Made by a program: the position numbers and the translations under genes. A model generated the notes under the pieces. That model worked only from the letters and a program-made list of their open reading frames with translations, had not been told where the DNA came from and made no database searches. Of a DNA stretch of 64,000 bases, positions 40,700 through 54,950 are shown piece by piece. Source of the stretch: Macrostomum lignano (Eukaryota); assembly GCA_002269645.1 (NCBI GenBank), contig NIVC01000112.1, positions 330,520 to 394,519 on the forward strand, in the 5' to 3' direction. The first letter of the stretch is position 1. Every line of letters starts with the position of its first letter.

Positions 40700-41730
40700 G
40701 TGAGTGAGTTTATGAGTGAGTTTATGAGTGAGTTTATGAGTGAGTTTATGGAGTTTATGAGTGAGTTTATGAGTGAGTTTATGAGTCAGTTTATGAGTGA
40801 GTTTATGAGTGAGTTTATAAGTGAGTTTATGAGTGAGTTTATGAGTGAGTTTATGAGTTTATAAATCAGTTTATGAGTTTATGAGTCAGTTTATGAGTTT
40901 TTAAACCAGTTTGTGAGTTTATGAGTCATTTTATGAGTTTATGAGCCAGTTTATGAGTTTATGAGTCAGTTGATGAGTTTATGAGTCACTTTATGAATTC
41001 ACGAGTAATTTGTGAGTTGGTTTATGAGTTTATGAATCTGTTTATGAGTGTGACTCCGATCATTTTATGTGTTTATGAATCAGTTTATGAGTTTATGAGT
41101 CACTTTATGAGTTTATAAGTCATTTTATGAGTTTATGAGTCAGTTTATGAATCAATTTATGAGTTTATGAGCCAGTTTATGAGTTTATAAGTCATTTTAT
41201 GAGTTTATGAGTCAGTTTATGAGTTTATGAGTCAGTTGATGAGTCACTTTATTAGTTTATAAGTCATTTTATGAGTTTATGAGTTAGTTTATGAATCAGT
41301 TTATGAGTTTATGAGCCAGTTTATGAGTTCATAAGTCATTTTATGAGTTTATGAGTCAGTTTATGAATCAGTTTATGAGTTTATGAGCCAGTTTATGAGT
41401 TTATAAGTCATTTTATGAGTTTATGAGTCAGTTTATGAGTTTATGAGTCAGTTGATGAGTCACTTTATTAGTTTATAAGTCATTTTATGAGTTTATGAGC
41501 CAGTTTATGAGTTTATAAGTCATTTTATGAGTTTATGAGTCAGTTTATGAGTTTATGAGTCAGTTGATGAGTTTATGAGTCAGTTGATGAGTTTATGAGT
41601 CACTTTATGAATTCACGAGTAATTTGTGAGTTGGTTTATGAGTTTATGAATCTGTTTTTGAGTTTATAAATCAGTTTATGAGTGTGACTGCGATCATTTT
41701 ATGAGTTTATGAATCAGTTTATGAGTTGTA
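40700..41730. repeat. Intronic (GAGTTTAT)/(GAGTCA) satellite
   Basis: Direct inspection. Confidence 0.95.
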
Positions 41731-41766
41731 ACACAGTACTGGTATTGATCCAGGTTCCACACTCAC

Positions 41767-41959
41767 AGGTTGAGCTGCTGTTGCAGCAGTGCAGCCGCGG
41801 CCACCGCCTCAGACAAGTTTTCAGGGCGCCACAAACCGGCCCCATCCGCAGAGCAGGTCAGTTTCCGGTTTGCCAGGCTCGTGTTCGACTGCAGCAGCCC
41901 CCTGATGCACCGGCTGGAGTCTGCAACCCTGCAGTAGGCTGGGGAACCGGTGGAGCAGC
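41767..41959 (-). CDS. Lectin/sushi gene exon 4 (sushi-like)
   Basis: Acceptor ccttccgcag, donor gtgagt; phases 1 and 2 consistent with neighbours. Encodes CSTGSPAYCRVADSSRCIRG...LTCSADGAGLWRP. Confidence 0.72.
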
Positions 41960-42289
41960 CTGCGGAAGGATGCAACGGGTCGGGGACGAGCACGCATCAG
42001 GTCTGGGCATTGCAAGAAGTTCTTTTGTTGTTCTACCAAATCCCCACCTTCTTTGAATGGGGAAGAGTCGAATTTGCCGGGAGAAAAATTCTTCTCTATT
42101 TCCTGTAGTGACACGATTCGTGCTTTCATTGAAAGCTCTGCTTCTGGGGCCAATGGTACTGTTCTCAAATAGACTTCTGTCTTTGTGAGCAGGTCAACTG
42201 TCTTTCATGAGGCTGGGACTCTCATGCTGGGGGTGGGTTCTCATGCTCAGAAGGCCGCTTTCTGAGAAGTCTCATGTCGCGAAGGTGGT

Positions 42290-43445
42290 AGGGTGAGTGA
42301 GAGTCTCATGGCGGTAGGGTGAGAGTCTCATGGTGGTAGGTTGTGAGTCTCACGGTAGTAGGGTGTGAGTCTCATGGTGGTAGGGTGTGAGTCTCGTGGC
42401 GGTAGGGTGAGAGTCTCATGGTGGTAGGGTGAGAGTCTCATGGTGGTAGGGTGTGAGTCTCATGGCGGTAGGGTGTGAGTCTCATGGCGGTAGGGTGTGA
42501 GTCTCATGGTGGTATGGTGGTAAGGTGAGAGTCTCATGGTGGTAGGGTGAGAGTCTCATGGTGGTAGGGTGAGAGTCTCATGGTGGTAGGGTGAAAGTCT
42601 CATGGTGGTAGGTTGTGAGTCTCACGGTAGTAGGTTGTGAGTCTCATGGTGGTAGGTTGTGAGTCTCACGGTAGTAGGTTGTGAGTCTCATGGTGGTAGG
42701 GTGTGAGTCTCATGGTGGTAGGGTGTGAGTCTCATGGTGGTAGGGTGAGAGTCTCATGGTGGTAGGGTGAGAGTCTCATGGTGGTAGGGTGAGAGTCTCA
42801 TGGTGGTAGGTTGTGAGTCTCATGGTGGTAGGGTGAGAGTCTCATGGTGGTAGGGTGAGAGTCTCATGGTGGTAGGGTGAGAGTCTCATGGTGGTAGGGT
42901 GAGAGTCTCATGGTGGTAGGGTGTGAGTCTCATGGTGGTAGGTTGTGAGTCTCACGGTAGTAGGTTGTGAGTCTCATGGTGGTAGGTTGTGAGTCTCACG
43001 GTAGTAGGTTGTGAGTCTCATGGTGGTAGGGTGTGAGTCTCATGGTGGTAGGGTGTGAGTCTCATGGTGGTAGGGTGAGAGTCTCATGGTGGTAGGGTGA
43101 GAGTCTCATGGTGGTAGGGTGAGAGTCTCATGGTGGTAGGTTGTGAGTCTCATGGTGGTAGGGTGAGAGTCTCATGGTGGTAGGGTGAGAGTCTCATGGT
43201 GGTAGGGTGAGAGTCTCATGGTGGTAGGGTGAGAGTCTCATGGTGGTAGGGTGTGAGTCTCATGGTGGTAGGTTGTGAGTCTCACGGTAGTAGGTTGTGA
43301 GTCTCATGGTGGTAGGTTGTGAGTCTCATGGTGGTAGGGTGAGAGTCTCATGGTGGTAGGGTGAGAGTCTCATGGCGGTAGGGTGCGAGTCTCATGGTGG
43401 TAGGGTGAGAGTCTCATTGTGGTAGGTTGTGAGTCTCATGGTGAC
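42290..43445. repeat. Intronic 22-bp minisatellite (GAGTCTCATGGTGGTAGGGTGA)
   Basis: Direct inspection. Confidence 0.97.
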
Positions 43446-43484
43446 AGGCAGGCAGGCCTCGTGAGAACAGTCGCTCCTGCTCAC

Positions 43485-43774
43485 TCGTGGTGGCGGCAGA
43501 CCAGTCCGTCTGGCAGACTGTGAGCAGCTGGTGCTGCGCTGTGCTCAGATAAATCGCCGAGTCAAAAATGCAGGACAGGAAGATGCTTGAGCAGTCGAAC
43601 TCGTCGTGGCCGATGCTCTTATAGCAGCTGATCGCCAGGCAGGAGTCCGCGTGTGTCGGCTGCTTTTCGGGATAGATATCCTGTGCGACAGAGCTCAGCG
43701 GCTTCCGTGAGGCGTCAATCAGCCACTCCAGAGACCAGCTGACGTTGCGGCGGAGCCCGCCTGCCAAAATTGGA
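43485..43774 (-). CDS. Lectin/sushi gene exon 3 (second half of CTL domain 2)
   Basis: Acceptor cattccag, donor gtgagc. Encodes GGLRRNVSWSLEWLID...QPTHADSCLAI...FDCSSIFLSCIF. Confidence 0.72.
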
Positions 43775-43819
43775 CTGGAATGATGGCGAGTAAGTACGTT
43801 GTGTTTCGAATTTGTGAAG

Positions 43820-44665
<846 letters not shown>

Positions 44666-44686
44666 TGCCAGCTCAGAAGCCCTCAC

Positions 44687-45241
44687 AAGTTCCTCCGGCG
44701 CAGCAGCCAGTCGGCCGCACCGCAGGCCGCCGCGGTGGCCTGAGCCAGCGAGTTGAACCGAGCCAGCCGGCCAGCAGTGGCCCCAGCCGCGCAAAACTGG
44801 CGAGCAGCTCCGTCAGTCCCGCCGCTGCCTGCAGGTCTCTGGCGCACGCACTGGTGTCCGCCACCTGTGTCCTGCCGTCGCCAGCCGTCTCCGGCCGGAC
44901 AGCCGGACAGTCCGGTGGCCGAGCCGGTCGTTGAGCAGAGAGCTCGCCAGCCGTGCGACACCGCAGAGGACTGGTTCACAGCAACTCGGATGAGGCTCAG
45001 CGAAGTGCTTGGCGACGCTTGGCAGGCCGTGACGCTGGCAAAAGAGTCGGCGTTTGGGTTTGGATTTAGCGAGATTAGAAGCGCGAATGACGTGGACGAG
45101 TTGCTGGCTGATGAGTTGGCGTTGGCCAGCTGGATCGGGTCGCCGTTCTCCCACACGTAGGTGCCGTTGAGCCCCACGGAAGCATTGAAACGGTAAAGCA
45201 GGCGCTTCTGCCAGCCGTTGGGACCGAATTCGTCATAGATG
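44687..45241 (-). CDS. Lectin/sushi gene exon 2 (end of CTL1, start of CTL2)
   Basis: Acceptor ctcaccag, donor gtgagg. Encodes LNGTYVWENGDP and CPAGDGW..HQCV..ARQFC..GRLARFNS. Confidence 0.78.
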
Positions 45242-45344
45242 CTGGTGAGGGTTTGAGACGATTAAAAAATAAGTATGATGATGTCATAGGCAGGAGGCTA
45301 GGTGGCACTGTAACAGCTAACAGGTACAGAAGTACTGGATGGGA

Positions 45345-46540
45345 CTGTGACAGCTACAGAGAGACCGGTGGGACTGTGACAGCTACAGAGAGACCGGTGG
45401 GACTGTGACAGCTACAGAGAGACCGGTGGGACTGTGACAGCTACAGAGGGACCGGTTTGATTGTGACAGCTACAGAGGGACCGGTGGGACTGTGACAGCT
45501 ACAGAGAGACCGGTGGGACTGTGACAGCTACAGAGGGACCGGTGGGACTGTGACAGCTACAGAGAGACCGGTGGGACTGTGACAGCTACAGAGGGACCGG
45601 TGGGACTGTGACAGCTACAGAGGGACCGGTGGGACTGTGACAGCTACAGAGGGACCGGTGGGACTGTGACAGCTACAGAGGGACCGGTGGGACTGTGACA
45701 GCTATAGAGGGACTGGATGGGGCTGTGACAGCTACAGAGGGACCGCGGTGGGACTGTGACAGCTACAGAGGGACCGGTGGGACTGTGACAGCTACAGAGA
45801 GACCGGTGGGACTGTGACAGCTACAGAGGGACCGGTGGGACTGTGACAGCTACAGAGGGACCGGTGGGACTGTGACAGCTACAGAGGGACCGGTGGGACT
45901 GTGACAGCTACAGAGGGACCGGTGGGACTGTGACAGCTATAGAGGGACTGGATGGGGCTGTGACAGCTACAGAGGGACCGCGGTGGGACTGTGACAGCTA
46001 CAGAGGGACCGCGGTGGGACTGTGACAGCTACAGAGGGACCGCGGTGGGACTGTGACAGCTACATAGGGACCGCGGTGGGACTGTGACAGCTACAGAGGG
46101 ACCGGTGGGACTGTGGCAGCTACAGAGAGACCGGTGGGACTGTGGCAGCTACAGAGAGACCGGTGGGACTGTGGCAGCTACAGAGAGACCGGTGGGACTG
46201 TGACAGCTACAGAGAGACCGGTGGGACTGTGACAGCTACAGAGAGACCGGTGGGACTGTGACAGCTACAGAGGGACCGCGGTGGGACTGTGACAGCTACA
46301 GAGGGACCGCGGTGGGACTGTGACAGCTACATAGGGACCGCGGTGGGACTGTGACAGCTACAGAGGGACCGGTGGGACTGTGGCAGCTACAGAGAGACCG
46401 GTGGGACTGTGGCAGCTACAGAGAGACCGGTGGGACTGTGACAGCTACAGAGAGACCGGTGGGACTGTGACAGCTACAGAGAGACCGGTGGGACTGTGAC
46501 AGCTACAGAGGAACCGGTGGGACTGTGACAGCTACAGAAA
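45345..46540. repeat. Intronic 29/31-bp minisatellite (GAGACCGGTGGGACTGTGACAGCTACAGA)
   Basis: Direct inspection. Confidence 0.97.
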
Positions 46541-46584
46541 GGCTTAAGTGACTGCAAAATCATTCAATAAAAAGAAATTCACAC

Positions 46585-46856
46585 CTGCTATTGCCAGCAA
46601 AGTAGTTGAGGTAAGCCTGAAGACCGTCATCTTCCAACGCAGAGGCTGGCGTGCCGTTCACCGCGGAACAGTCATTAATTACGTCCTGCTCTGTGTTGGC
46701 GATGGATCTGAGATAGGCGTACAAGAAGACCGAGCCATTCGGACTGACCAACGACTCAAGTTCGCTGTCAAACTCGTTAACAGCAGTAGCAGTGGCGAGT
46801 GAGCTCAAAATTAAGGCTAATATTTGGACAGATCTTACTCCTATTTTCAGGTTCAT
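46585..46856 (-). CDS. Lectin/sushi gene exon 1: signal peptide plus start of a C-type lectin-like domain
   Basis: MNLKIGVRSVQILALILSSLATATA is a signal-peptide-like leader. Donor AG|gtgtga; phase 2 joins exon 2 (AG+C = Ser). Confidence 0.78.
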
Positions 46857-46999
46857 CCCTCTGAGCGCTGCAAAATCAGACTTAGAAAAACTCTTGGAGC
46901 TCTGCTGCTCGCTAACGTTCAGAAAAGTTGTGGTTCTGATGACTTAAAGAGTGACTTACATTCATTCTACGCAACCAATGGCTGCCAACCATGAGACAT

Positions 47000-48622
47000 C
47001 AGCTGGATATAGCTGGATTAGCTGGATTAGCTGGATTAGCTGGATTAGCTTGATATAGCTGGATTAGCTGGATTAGCTGGATTAGCTGAATTAGCTGGAT
47101 TAGCTGGATTAGCTGGATTAGCTGAATTAGCTAGATTAGCTGGATTAGCTAGATTAGCTGGATTAGCTGGATTAGCTGGATTAGCTGGATTAGCTGAATT
47201 AGCTAGATTAGCTAGATTAGCTGGATTAGCTAGATTAGCTGGATTAGCTGGATTAGCTGGATTAGCTGGATTAGCTGGATTAGCTAGATTAGCTGGATTA
47301 GCTGGATTAGCTGGATTAGCTAGATTAGCTGGATTAGCTGGATTAGCTAGATTAGCTGGATTAGCTGGATTAGCTGAATTAGCTAGATTAGCTGGATTAG
47401 CTAGATTAGCTGGATTAGCTAGATTAGCTGGATTAGCTGGATTAGCTGGATTAGCTGGATTAGCTGAATTAGCTAGATTAGCTAGATTAGCTGGATTAGC
47501 TAGATTAGCTGGATTAGCTGGATTAGCTGGATTAGCTGGATTAGCTGGATTAGCTAGATTAGCTGGATTAGCTGGATTAGCTGGATTAGCTAGATTAGCT
47601 GGATTAGCTGGATTAGCTAGATTAGCTGGATTAGCTGGATTAGCTGGATTAGCTGGATTAGCTGAATTAGCTGGATTAGCTGGATTAGCTGGATTAGCTG
47701 AATTAGCTAGATTAGCTGGATTAGCTGGATTAGCTGAATTAGCTAGAATAGCTGGATTAGCTGGATTAGCTGAATTAGCTAGATTAGCTGGATTAGCTAG
47801 ATTAGCTAGATTAGCTGGATTAGCTGGATTAGCTGGATTAGCTGAATTAGCTGGATTAGCTAGATTAGCTGGATTAGCTGGATTAGCTGGATTAGCTGGA
47901 TTAGCTAGATTAGCTGGATTAGCTAGATTAGCTGGATTAGCTGGATTAGCTGAATTAGCTAGATTAGCTGGATTAGCTAGATTAGCTGGATTAGCTGGAT
48001 TAGCTGGATTAGCTGGATTAGCTGAATTAGCTAGATTAGCTAGATTAGCTGGATTAGCTAGATTAGCTGGATTAGCTGGATTAGCTGGATTAGCTGGATT
48101 AGCTGGATTAGCTAGATTAGCTGGATTAGCTGGATTAGCTGGATTAGCTAGATTAGCTGGATTAGCTGGATTAGCTAGATTAGCTGGATTAGCTGGATTA
48201 GCTGAATTAGCTAGATTAGCTGGATTAGCTAGATTAGCTGGATTAGCTGGATTAGCTGGATTAGCTGGATTAGCTGAATTAGCTAGATTAGCTGGATTAG
48301 CTAGATTAGCTGGATTAGCTGGATTAGCTAGATTAGCTGGATTAGCTGGATTAGCTGGATTAGCTGGATTAGCTGGATTAGCTAGATTAGCTGGATTAGC
48401 TGGATTAGCTAGATTAGCTGGATTAGCTGAATTAGCTAGATTAGCTGGATTAGCTAGATTAGCTAGATTTGCTGGATTAGCTAGATATAGCTGGATTAGC
48501 TGGATTAGCTGGATTAGCTGAATTAGCTAGATTAGCTGGATTAGCTAGATTAGCTAGATTAGCTGGATTAGCTGGATTAGCTTGATTAGCTGGATTAGCT
48601 GGATTAGCTGGATATAGCTGGA
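47000..48622. repeat. 9-bp satellite (CTGGATTAG; variants CTAGATTAG, CTGAATTAG)
   Basis: Direct inspection. Confidence 0.97.
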
Positions 48623-48628
48623 TGCACG

Positions 48629-48790
48629 GGGTTGCTTTCACAAACGCAAAATTTCACAACCGCTAAAAAGACTGCAGTATATGAAATTAAGTGCGAAAAT
48701 ATTAGCGGTTGTGAAGTTATGAAGGTTATGAAAGCTATGAAAGCAATTGCTTTTAGCGGTAGTGAAATTTCACGTTTGTGAAACCCACTT
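48629..48790. mobile_element. MITE-like element, about 160 bp
   Basis: Inverted repeats TTTCACAAACG-AAATTTCAC-ACCGCTAAAA, flanked by the 8-bp direct repeat GATGCACG (48621-48628, 48791-48798). Confidence 0.6.
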
Positions 48791-49969
48791 GATGCACGAG
48801 ACTACGAGCTTGCGACTTTGAGTGAAGCGTAAAATTAATGAAATTTTATTGTCCAGTATGCAATTGAGCCTAGCCTGAGGTTAAAACAGTCATGGACAGC
48901 CTAAGTAGGAAGACACTACAATCGGTTTTCTTAGAAATGAGCTGTCGGCAGGTAAGGAACGGATATTTGTGGTATCGCTGGTGCATCGCTAAGGCGTTTT
49001 ACAATGAGGCAAAATCATTTTACGTCAGAGAAAAGCAAGGGTAGCGGTAAAGGAGGTCAAATTGAGCTGGTTTCGTTGTCACAATATAATAATATAGACT
49101 GGCTGTTGAGGACTGAAATGAACTGAAACGCCGAGGTGTGTAGCGCCATAGTGTTATGGGTAGGCTGAAGCGCGGACGCACAACGCGGTTTCACGTCCAC
49201 AGAAACTGTCTATGGTTGAAAAAGCTTTAGCTATATGCTTAGTGGCGGTTTCGCAGTCCGCGGAGACTGTCTATGGTTGAAACCCAAATAGAGTTTGAAG
49301 CATTCTTCTCCTGGTGGGTGGGAGAGAAAAATAAGATTTAAACAGCTTTAAAGGTTCGGAACTAGCCATGTTTCACTGGGAATCAATACTAGAGGAAGAT
49401 ATTAGCGGTTTAGAAATGAATGAGATTGTGTTTCTGCAGCAACTTGGACATCGTGATCCTGGTGAAGAAGTTAGTCAGTGGACTGGTCTGAGCGTAAGAC
49501 AGCAGCAGTTGATTGACGCAGAATTGTCCAATCGAAGCGCATTCAACATTACACCACGCTAGACAGATGTGTCGTGGATTGCAGTTTCAAACTACGACCA
49601 TGTATTTGAGGTAACTATTGATGAACTACGCAACCACGTTAACCACGTTATTTACTGAATTCTTTCGTTTATTTCGTGTTTCATTCATGTTGTGTTTGCT
49701 CTCTCAGTGAAATATACTGAGACGAAAAGTTATCCAATTTTACCCATGCTTAAATCAGTCGTGAGCAGATTTGCTTTGACCATAGACAGTGACGGCGGAC
49801 AAATGTAGAGCGTTTCAATCGCGTTTCAACTCAGGCAGCCTACCCATAATATAGACTGGGCAAGCAAAGTCATATATAAAACTTTGCGAGGAATCACACA
49901 GCATGATTATATCATGGATGGATAAAACCCATGGATGCTCATCTGCCTTAAATTGGGGGTGCAGTTGCA

Positions 49970-50092
49970 GCACTGATTGGCTACTGAAGATCCCTTAGTT
50001 GTCTATGGTAAAAACGTTTTAAGCTGCAGTGCTGCATGGAAAGTTATTTTATACCATAGACAACTAAGGGATCTTCAGTAGCCAGTCGGTGC
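49970..50092. mobile_element. Foldback/MITE-like hairpin: 41-bp arms, 41-bp loop
   Basis: GGCTACTGAAGATCCCTTAGTTGTCTATGGTA and its perfect reverse complement. Confidence 0.7.
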
Positions 50093-51588
50093 GAACGGGG
50101 GCTTCGCGTATTGGCACATTAGCACTAATAGTACATTAAAGTAAGTTTGACTTCTGCAAGCGGGCTTAAATGTAGTCTATGGCATTAAAAGGCAAGAATA
50201 AGTGCCCAGCGGGCACAAAGGTCATGGTACAATTTTGATTTGAAACGATAGGAAATCATGCATGGATTCTGGAAACTAAAGAAGCAAGCATACAAAACAT
50301 AAAACTTCAGAACATTTTCAACTTTTTACTCTTAGTAGCGTGTTGTGCTGTGAACTTTAAAGACTGTAGTTGGTTGCTAGTACGTACTCATACAGTTAAA
50401 CAGCGTATAACACATGTAGTATCAAAGCACTTGGAAAGGAAGGAAACTTGTAAAACAAAAGAAGACGAACTTCAACAGGTGAAGCGGCTAATTATAGCCA
50501 CCAATCGTCACCTGCTGGGGCAGACTACATGTATGCTGCAGAACAACATCTCATTTACTTAGGCCCCGGTTATATATAGACTGTCTACTCAAAGCAGAGT
50601 TGAACGAAGCTTATAACGAGATAGATGGCAGAGCTTAAATTATTTTTAAATGAATTAGGAAGGATATAACTCCTCATTTAACAGGGTTGCATAGTGTCAC
50701 AGAACAACACTACTCATGCGTCATATGTTGAAGGTGTAATAAAGACGTTAGACTCCGGCTTGAACGCTAAACATGGACTACAGAGTCCATGCAGTTGGAC
50801 TCAGTTTAACTACCTCAGCGTCACCTTGAGCCCCATCTGTTTGCCTAACAGCCAATGGTGGCTGTCTCAAATCGAGTCTCTCTGTACACCAACCAGTATT
50901 CACCCCGAAGCAAACTATCGACCTTTTTATTTAAAAACGAGAGTTGAAATACGGAGTGGAAGAGATCGCTCTCGCACCTGTGCCTTGATTGTACTTGCCT
51001 GTACAACCAGGCTCAGTCCTGCGCGCTCTCTTCCCTGCACGCATTCTCCCTGCTCCCTGTTGTTTACAGTGTCGCTCCGTTGTCACAGAGACCGCGCGCG
51101 GCCATCTCACTCACTCACTCACTCAATGTGAGGTCTCAGGTGTATGCAACCTTGCAGCGAGAGCTCCAATCGCCCACCCTCTCCAGTACTGGACTTGATG
51201 CCTACACAGCAGTATACGGCCAATGCATACACGCGAAACCCCCCCCCCCCTGCCTTCCATTCTGTCAACTAAAGCTCTAGTTGTAGCTGCCCCACCAAAA
51301 CCCATAGGTAGGCCGGCTGTCTATCCCATAGTTCCCTTGCTCCCCTGTCTCTTTCTACCTTCATTCATTTAGTATAGAATAGTCAAGTCAGTCAGTCAGA
51401 CAGCTGTTTATTCCCGCGAGTAATCTTCCTATTGGCCTGGCTTCCGGGAGTGCCATACCTATATACTTAGACAGGCATTGCGAAGCCAATCCAGCTAAAA
51501 AGCTCTGCAGCATGAAAGAATAGAAACACAGCTATAAGCATAACGGTCTCAAAGAAAACTAACAATCCTGCAGCGCATAGCTACCGGC

Positions 51589-52326
51589 ATGAGACTGCTC
51601 ATGGACGACGGCGAGGTGTGGACTTCAGCGTCGCTTCAACGTCGATTCGTCAGAAGTCCGGGCGACAGAGACAAAGACTCGGACAGAGACCCCGACGTGA
51701 GCCGCAGCTACTATTGCTATGCCAACCCGAACGATTTCGGCTGCAATCCGGCCTACATCGCAGCGGCAGTGATGAGCAGCCTGCTCATTGTCACCGCTCT
51801 CCTTGGCGTCATCATTTTCCTATGCGTCCGGCACGCCAATGCGAAACGGATGCTCAGGGTGCAGGCCCAGCTGGGCGCTCACGAGCGGGCGATATTCACG
51901 GTTCAGCAGCAGCAGGAGCAGCAGCAGCACGGCAGCTACCCGATGTCTTTGATGTTCCCGCCCGAGCCGCCGCCGTACAACTGCGAGGACTACACCCTGC
52001 CGCCGGAATCGCCACAGGGCGCTGGTCCGCCTCCGCCCTACGAGGAGCACCCGACTGGAGTTGTGGGCTCGGTGACGTCATTGTTCAACAGATTGTTCAG
52101 TGGGAGAAGGAACAGGCCGCAGACGGCTGGAGCTGGGCAGCAGGAGCAACAACAACAAACAACAGCGTCAGGCAATTCAGTTGCTAGCATTGCAGCAGCG
52201 GCCGATATTGTTGAAGATTCGGCAGCCTCGGTAGACCCCAACAAGCCTCGTCAGGCCGGACTGCATCAAGTCGCCCGACTGCCAGACACTGGCGGGAGCA
52301 GAGATGACATGCCACCAGTGAGCTAG
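51589..52326 (+). CDS. Single-pass membrane protein with two PPxY (PY) motifs, 245 aa
   Basis: TM segment YIAAAVMSSLLIVTALLGVIIFLCV followed by a basic stop-transfer sequence. Cytosolic EPPPY and PPPPY. GC3-rich codons. Confidence 0.8.
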   Translation: MRLLMDDGEVWTSASLQRRFVRSPGDRDKDSDRDPDVSRSYYCYANPNDFGCNPAYIAAAVMSSLLIVTALLGVIIFLCVRHANAKRMLRVQAQLGAHERAIFTVQQQQEQQQHGSYPMSLMFPPEPPPYNCEDYTLPPESPQGAGPPPPYEEHPTGVVGSVTSLFNRLFSGRRNRPQTAGAGQQEQQQQTTASGNSVASIAAAADIVEDSAASVDPNKPRQAGLHQVARLPDTGGSRDDMPPVS

Positions 52327-52439
52327 CCGAATGAAAAGAACAGGCTGCGATGGTATTAACATGTTTGCCTTAATCATAGATCTTTATACAGTATACATGT
52401 ATACAGTAGTATATAGTGTACTGTATATAAGATCTATGG

Positions 52440-52615
52440 CATCAATGACCGATGGGGAATCCAGTTATGCACCCCAATGACGGATGGGGAAGCCAGTTAT
52501 GCCGCAATGACCGATGGGGAAGCCAGTTATGCACCCAATGACCGAAGTAGAAGCCGGTTATGCACCCAATGACCGATGGGGAAGCCAGTTATGCACCCAA
52601 TGTCCGAAGTGGAAG
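52440..52615. repeat. About 32-bp minisatellite (AATGACCGATGGGGAAGCCAGTTATGCACCC-like)
   Basis: Direct inspection. Confidence 0.88.
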
Positions 52616-54199
52616 CGTTACACTGCAGTGGCTGAGAAGTCATCATCTGAATCACTGATAGGGATGCCAACATAAAAAGTCACCATTTCACAGTGAATAA
52701 TCTGCACCCATATATAAACGCATTGCTCACATCAATTCTACATTTGCGCTTATACATTACATTTCGCGCTTATATCCATAGTCGACATATGACGCAAGTG
52801 TGGGTCCTTCTTCGCGATCGCAGTCTTTCTGTGAGTTGTCCTTAAATTACTGCTCAAAGTCGCGCTCGACTGCGCCACAAACTTACACGGCAAACCTCAT
52901 AAATTATGCGATAAATCAACTTCTTAAAGCTGTTATGCGCAATTTGTTTCTTTGCAAAGTGAAAACACGAATTCACTCTTTTCTTTCAGCGTGAAATTGA
53001 AATTTCTGTTTGACAAAATAGCTCAACAGTTTTCTGACAGTGGGTGGATTACATTGCTTTCCTAACTTTCATGACTGCTTTTGTGTCATTAAGCATTTCT
53101 GCGCACTTCTGCTCTCTCTAATGCGTCTTGTCTGTGGTGAAGTCATTGCGTCAATTGTCCAACCTTTTAAAAGTGAAGCATAATTATTCAATTAATTCTG
53201 TTACTGTGGCGCTGTATTGTAAACACTAATAGTTTAAATTTAAATCAAATAAACACTTTCTGTGACAATTTTCTATTTTACTAACTGACTGATTTAGTGC
53301 ACGTATTTGAGTACTGATTTATGAAAAGTATTACTAGAAACCATAACAGAATTAAAAAATAGTTTACTCAAGATGATAACTGGCTCAAGGTGATTACTGA
53401 CTCAAAATAATAATTGACTGAAGATGATAACTGACTCAATATCCAAACTGACTCAATATCCAAACTGACTCAATATCCAAACTGACTCAATATCCAAATT
53501 CCAAACTGACTCACGTAGACAACTGACAATGTATACCTACCGAGGCTCGTAAAAAAGCCAAAGCAGCACCGGTATAAGCCTCTTCCCAAATTAAACTGAA
53601 GACGAGATCACGCAGACAAGCCCATTCCCAACAAATCCCAAATAAGGTTATCGTATATTCTGAGCACTCAGGAGAGCGCACAGGTGAGCACACAGGTAGA
53701 GACAGCCCGGTTATAACCTGACATACTCGCAGTCCGTCCGCCTGAAACAATAGACCTCAGATAGACCAGTCTGCTAAATTCCAAAAGCCATTGCTACTTC
53801 CCGCACCAGGCCCAACGAATTCATTAATTTCCCCGCCGCACTAAATGCTAAGCTTCCAGGGAATTCAATTCAATAATTGGCAGCAAAATTACTGGCACAA
53901 AGCACCATGGAAAGTTTATTGAGACACAATTGTCAAACGCTCTAATTGATTAACCATGCAGCGTAAGTGACTTTGGTGACTTCATGATACTAAAGTGGAT
54001 CGATTGGTACGTTAATTGGTCTTAATCAATTTCCAATTAGCTATAGAGAACAAAGCAGTTGTACTGTTTTGGACATTAGCCGCTGAAAAATCCGTATTCC
54101 AATGTCCAATCATTTCCTTATCCCTGCCGTTTCAAGTTCGCACTTTACTTAATATATAACACAAAAATTAAATGTAGCAAACCTTTAAAGAAACTGGCA

Positions 54200-54950
54200 A
54201 CCGCCTCAACCCGTCCCTCCCCACCCCTCGTCCCTCTTCAATTCCGCACTCATCTCATTCCTACCCCCCCCATTGACCGCCGCTTCAACCCCCATTCCCC
54301 CCACCCCTCGTCCCTCTTCAACTCCGCACTTAATCCTACCCCCACTGACGGCCGCTTCAACCCACAGTCCCTTCCTATTCCTTATCCCTCTTCAACACCG
54401 CACTCATTCCTACCCCCCAATGACCGCCGCTTCAACCCCCATCCCCCCCACCCTTCGTCCCTCTTCAACTCCGCACTCAATCCTACCCCCATTTGACCGC
54501 CGCTTCAACCCTCATTCCCCCCACCCTTCGTCCCTCTTCAACTCCGCACTCATTCCTACCCCCCCCCCCATTGACCGCCGCTTCAACCCTCATTCCCCCC
54601 ACCCTTCGTCCCTCTTCAACTCCGCACTCATTCCTACCCCCCATTGACCGCCGCTTCAACCCCCATTCCCCCACCCTTCGTCCCTCTTCAACTCCGCACT
54701 CATTCCTACCCCCCATTGACCGCCGCTTCAACCCTCATTCCCCCCACCCTTCGTCCCTCTTCAACTCCGCACTCATTCCTACCCCCCATTGACCGCCGCT
54801 TTAACCCTCATTCCCCCCACCCTTCGTCCCTCTTCAACTCCGCACTCATTCCTAACCCCCCACTGACCGCCGCCTCAACCCCAGTCCCTCCCCAACTCCC
54901 ATCCCTCTTCAACTCCACACTCATTCCTACCCCACCACCTAAAACCCGTG
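54200..54950. repeat. About 72-bp C-rich minisatellite, about 10 copies
   Basis: Unit ...ATTGACCGCCGCTTCAACCCTCATTCCCCCCACCCTTCGTCCCTCTTCAACTCCGCACTCATTCCTACCCCC. Confidence 0.93.
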
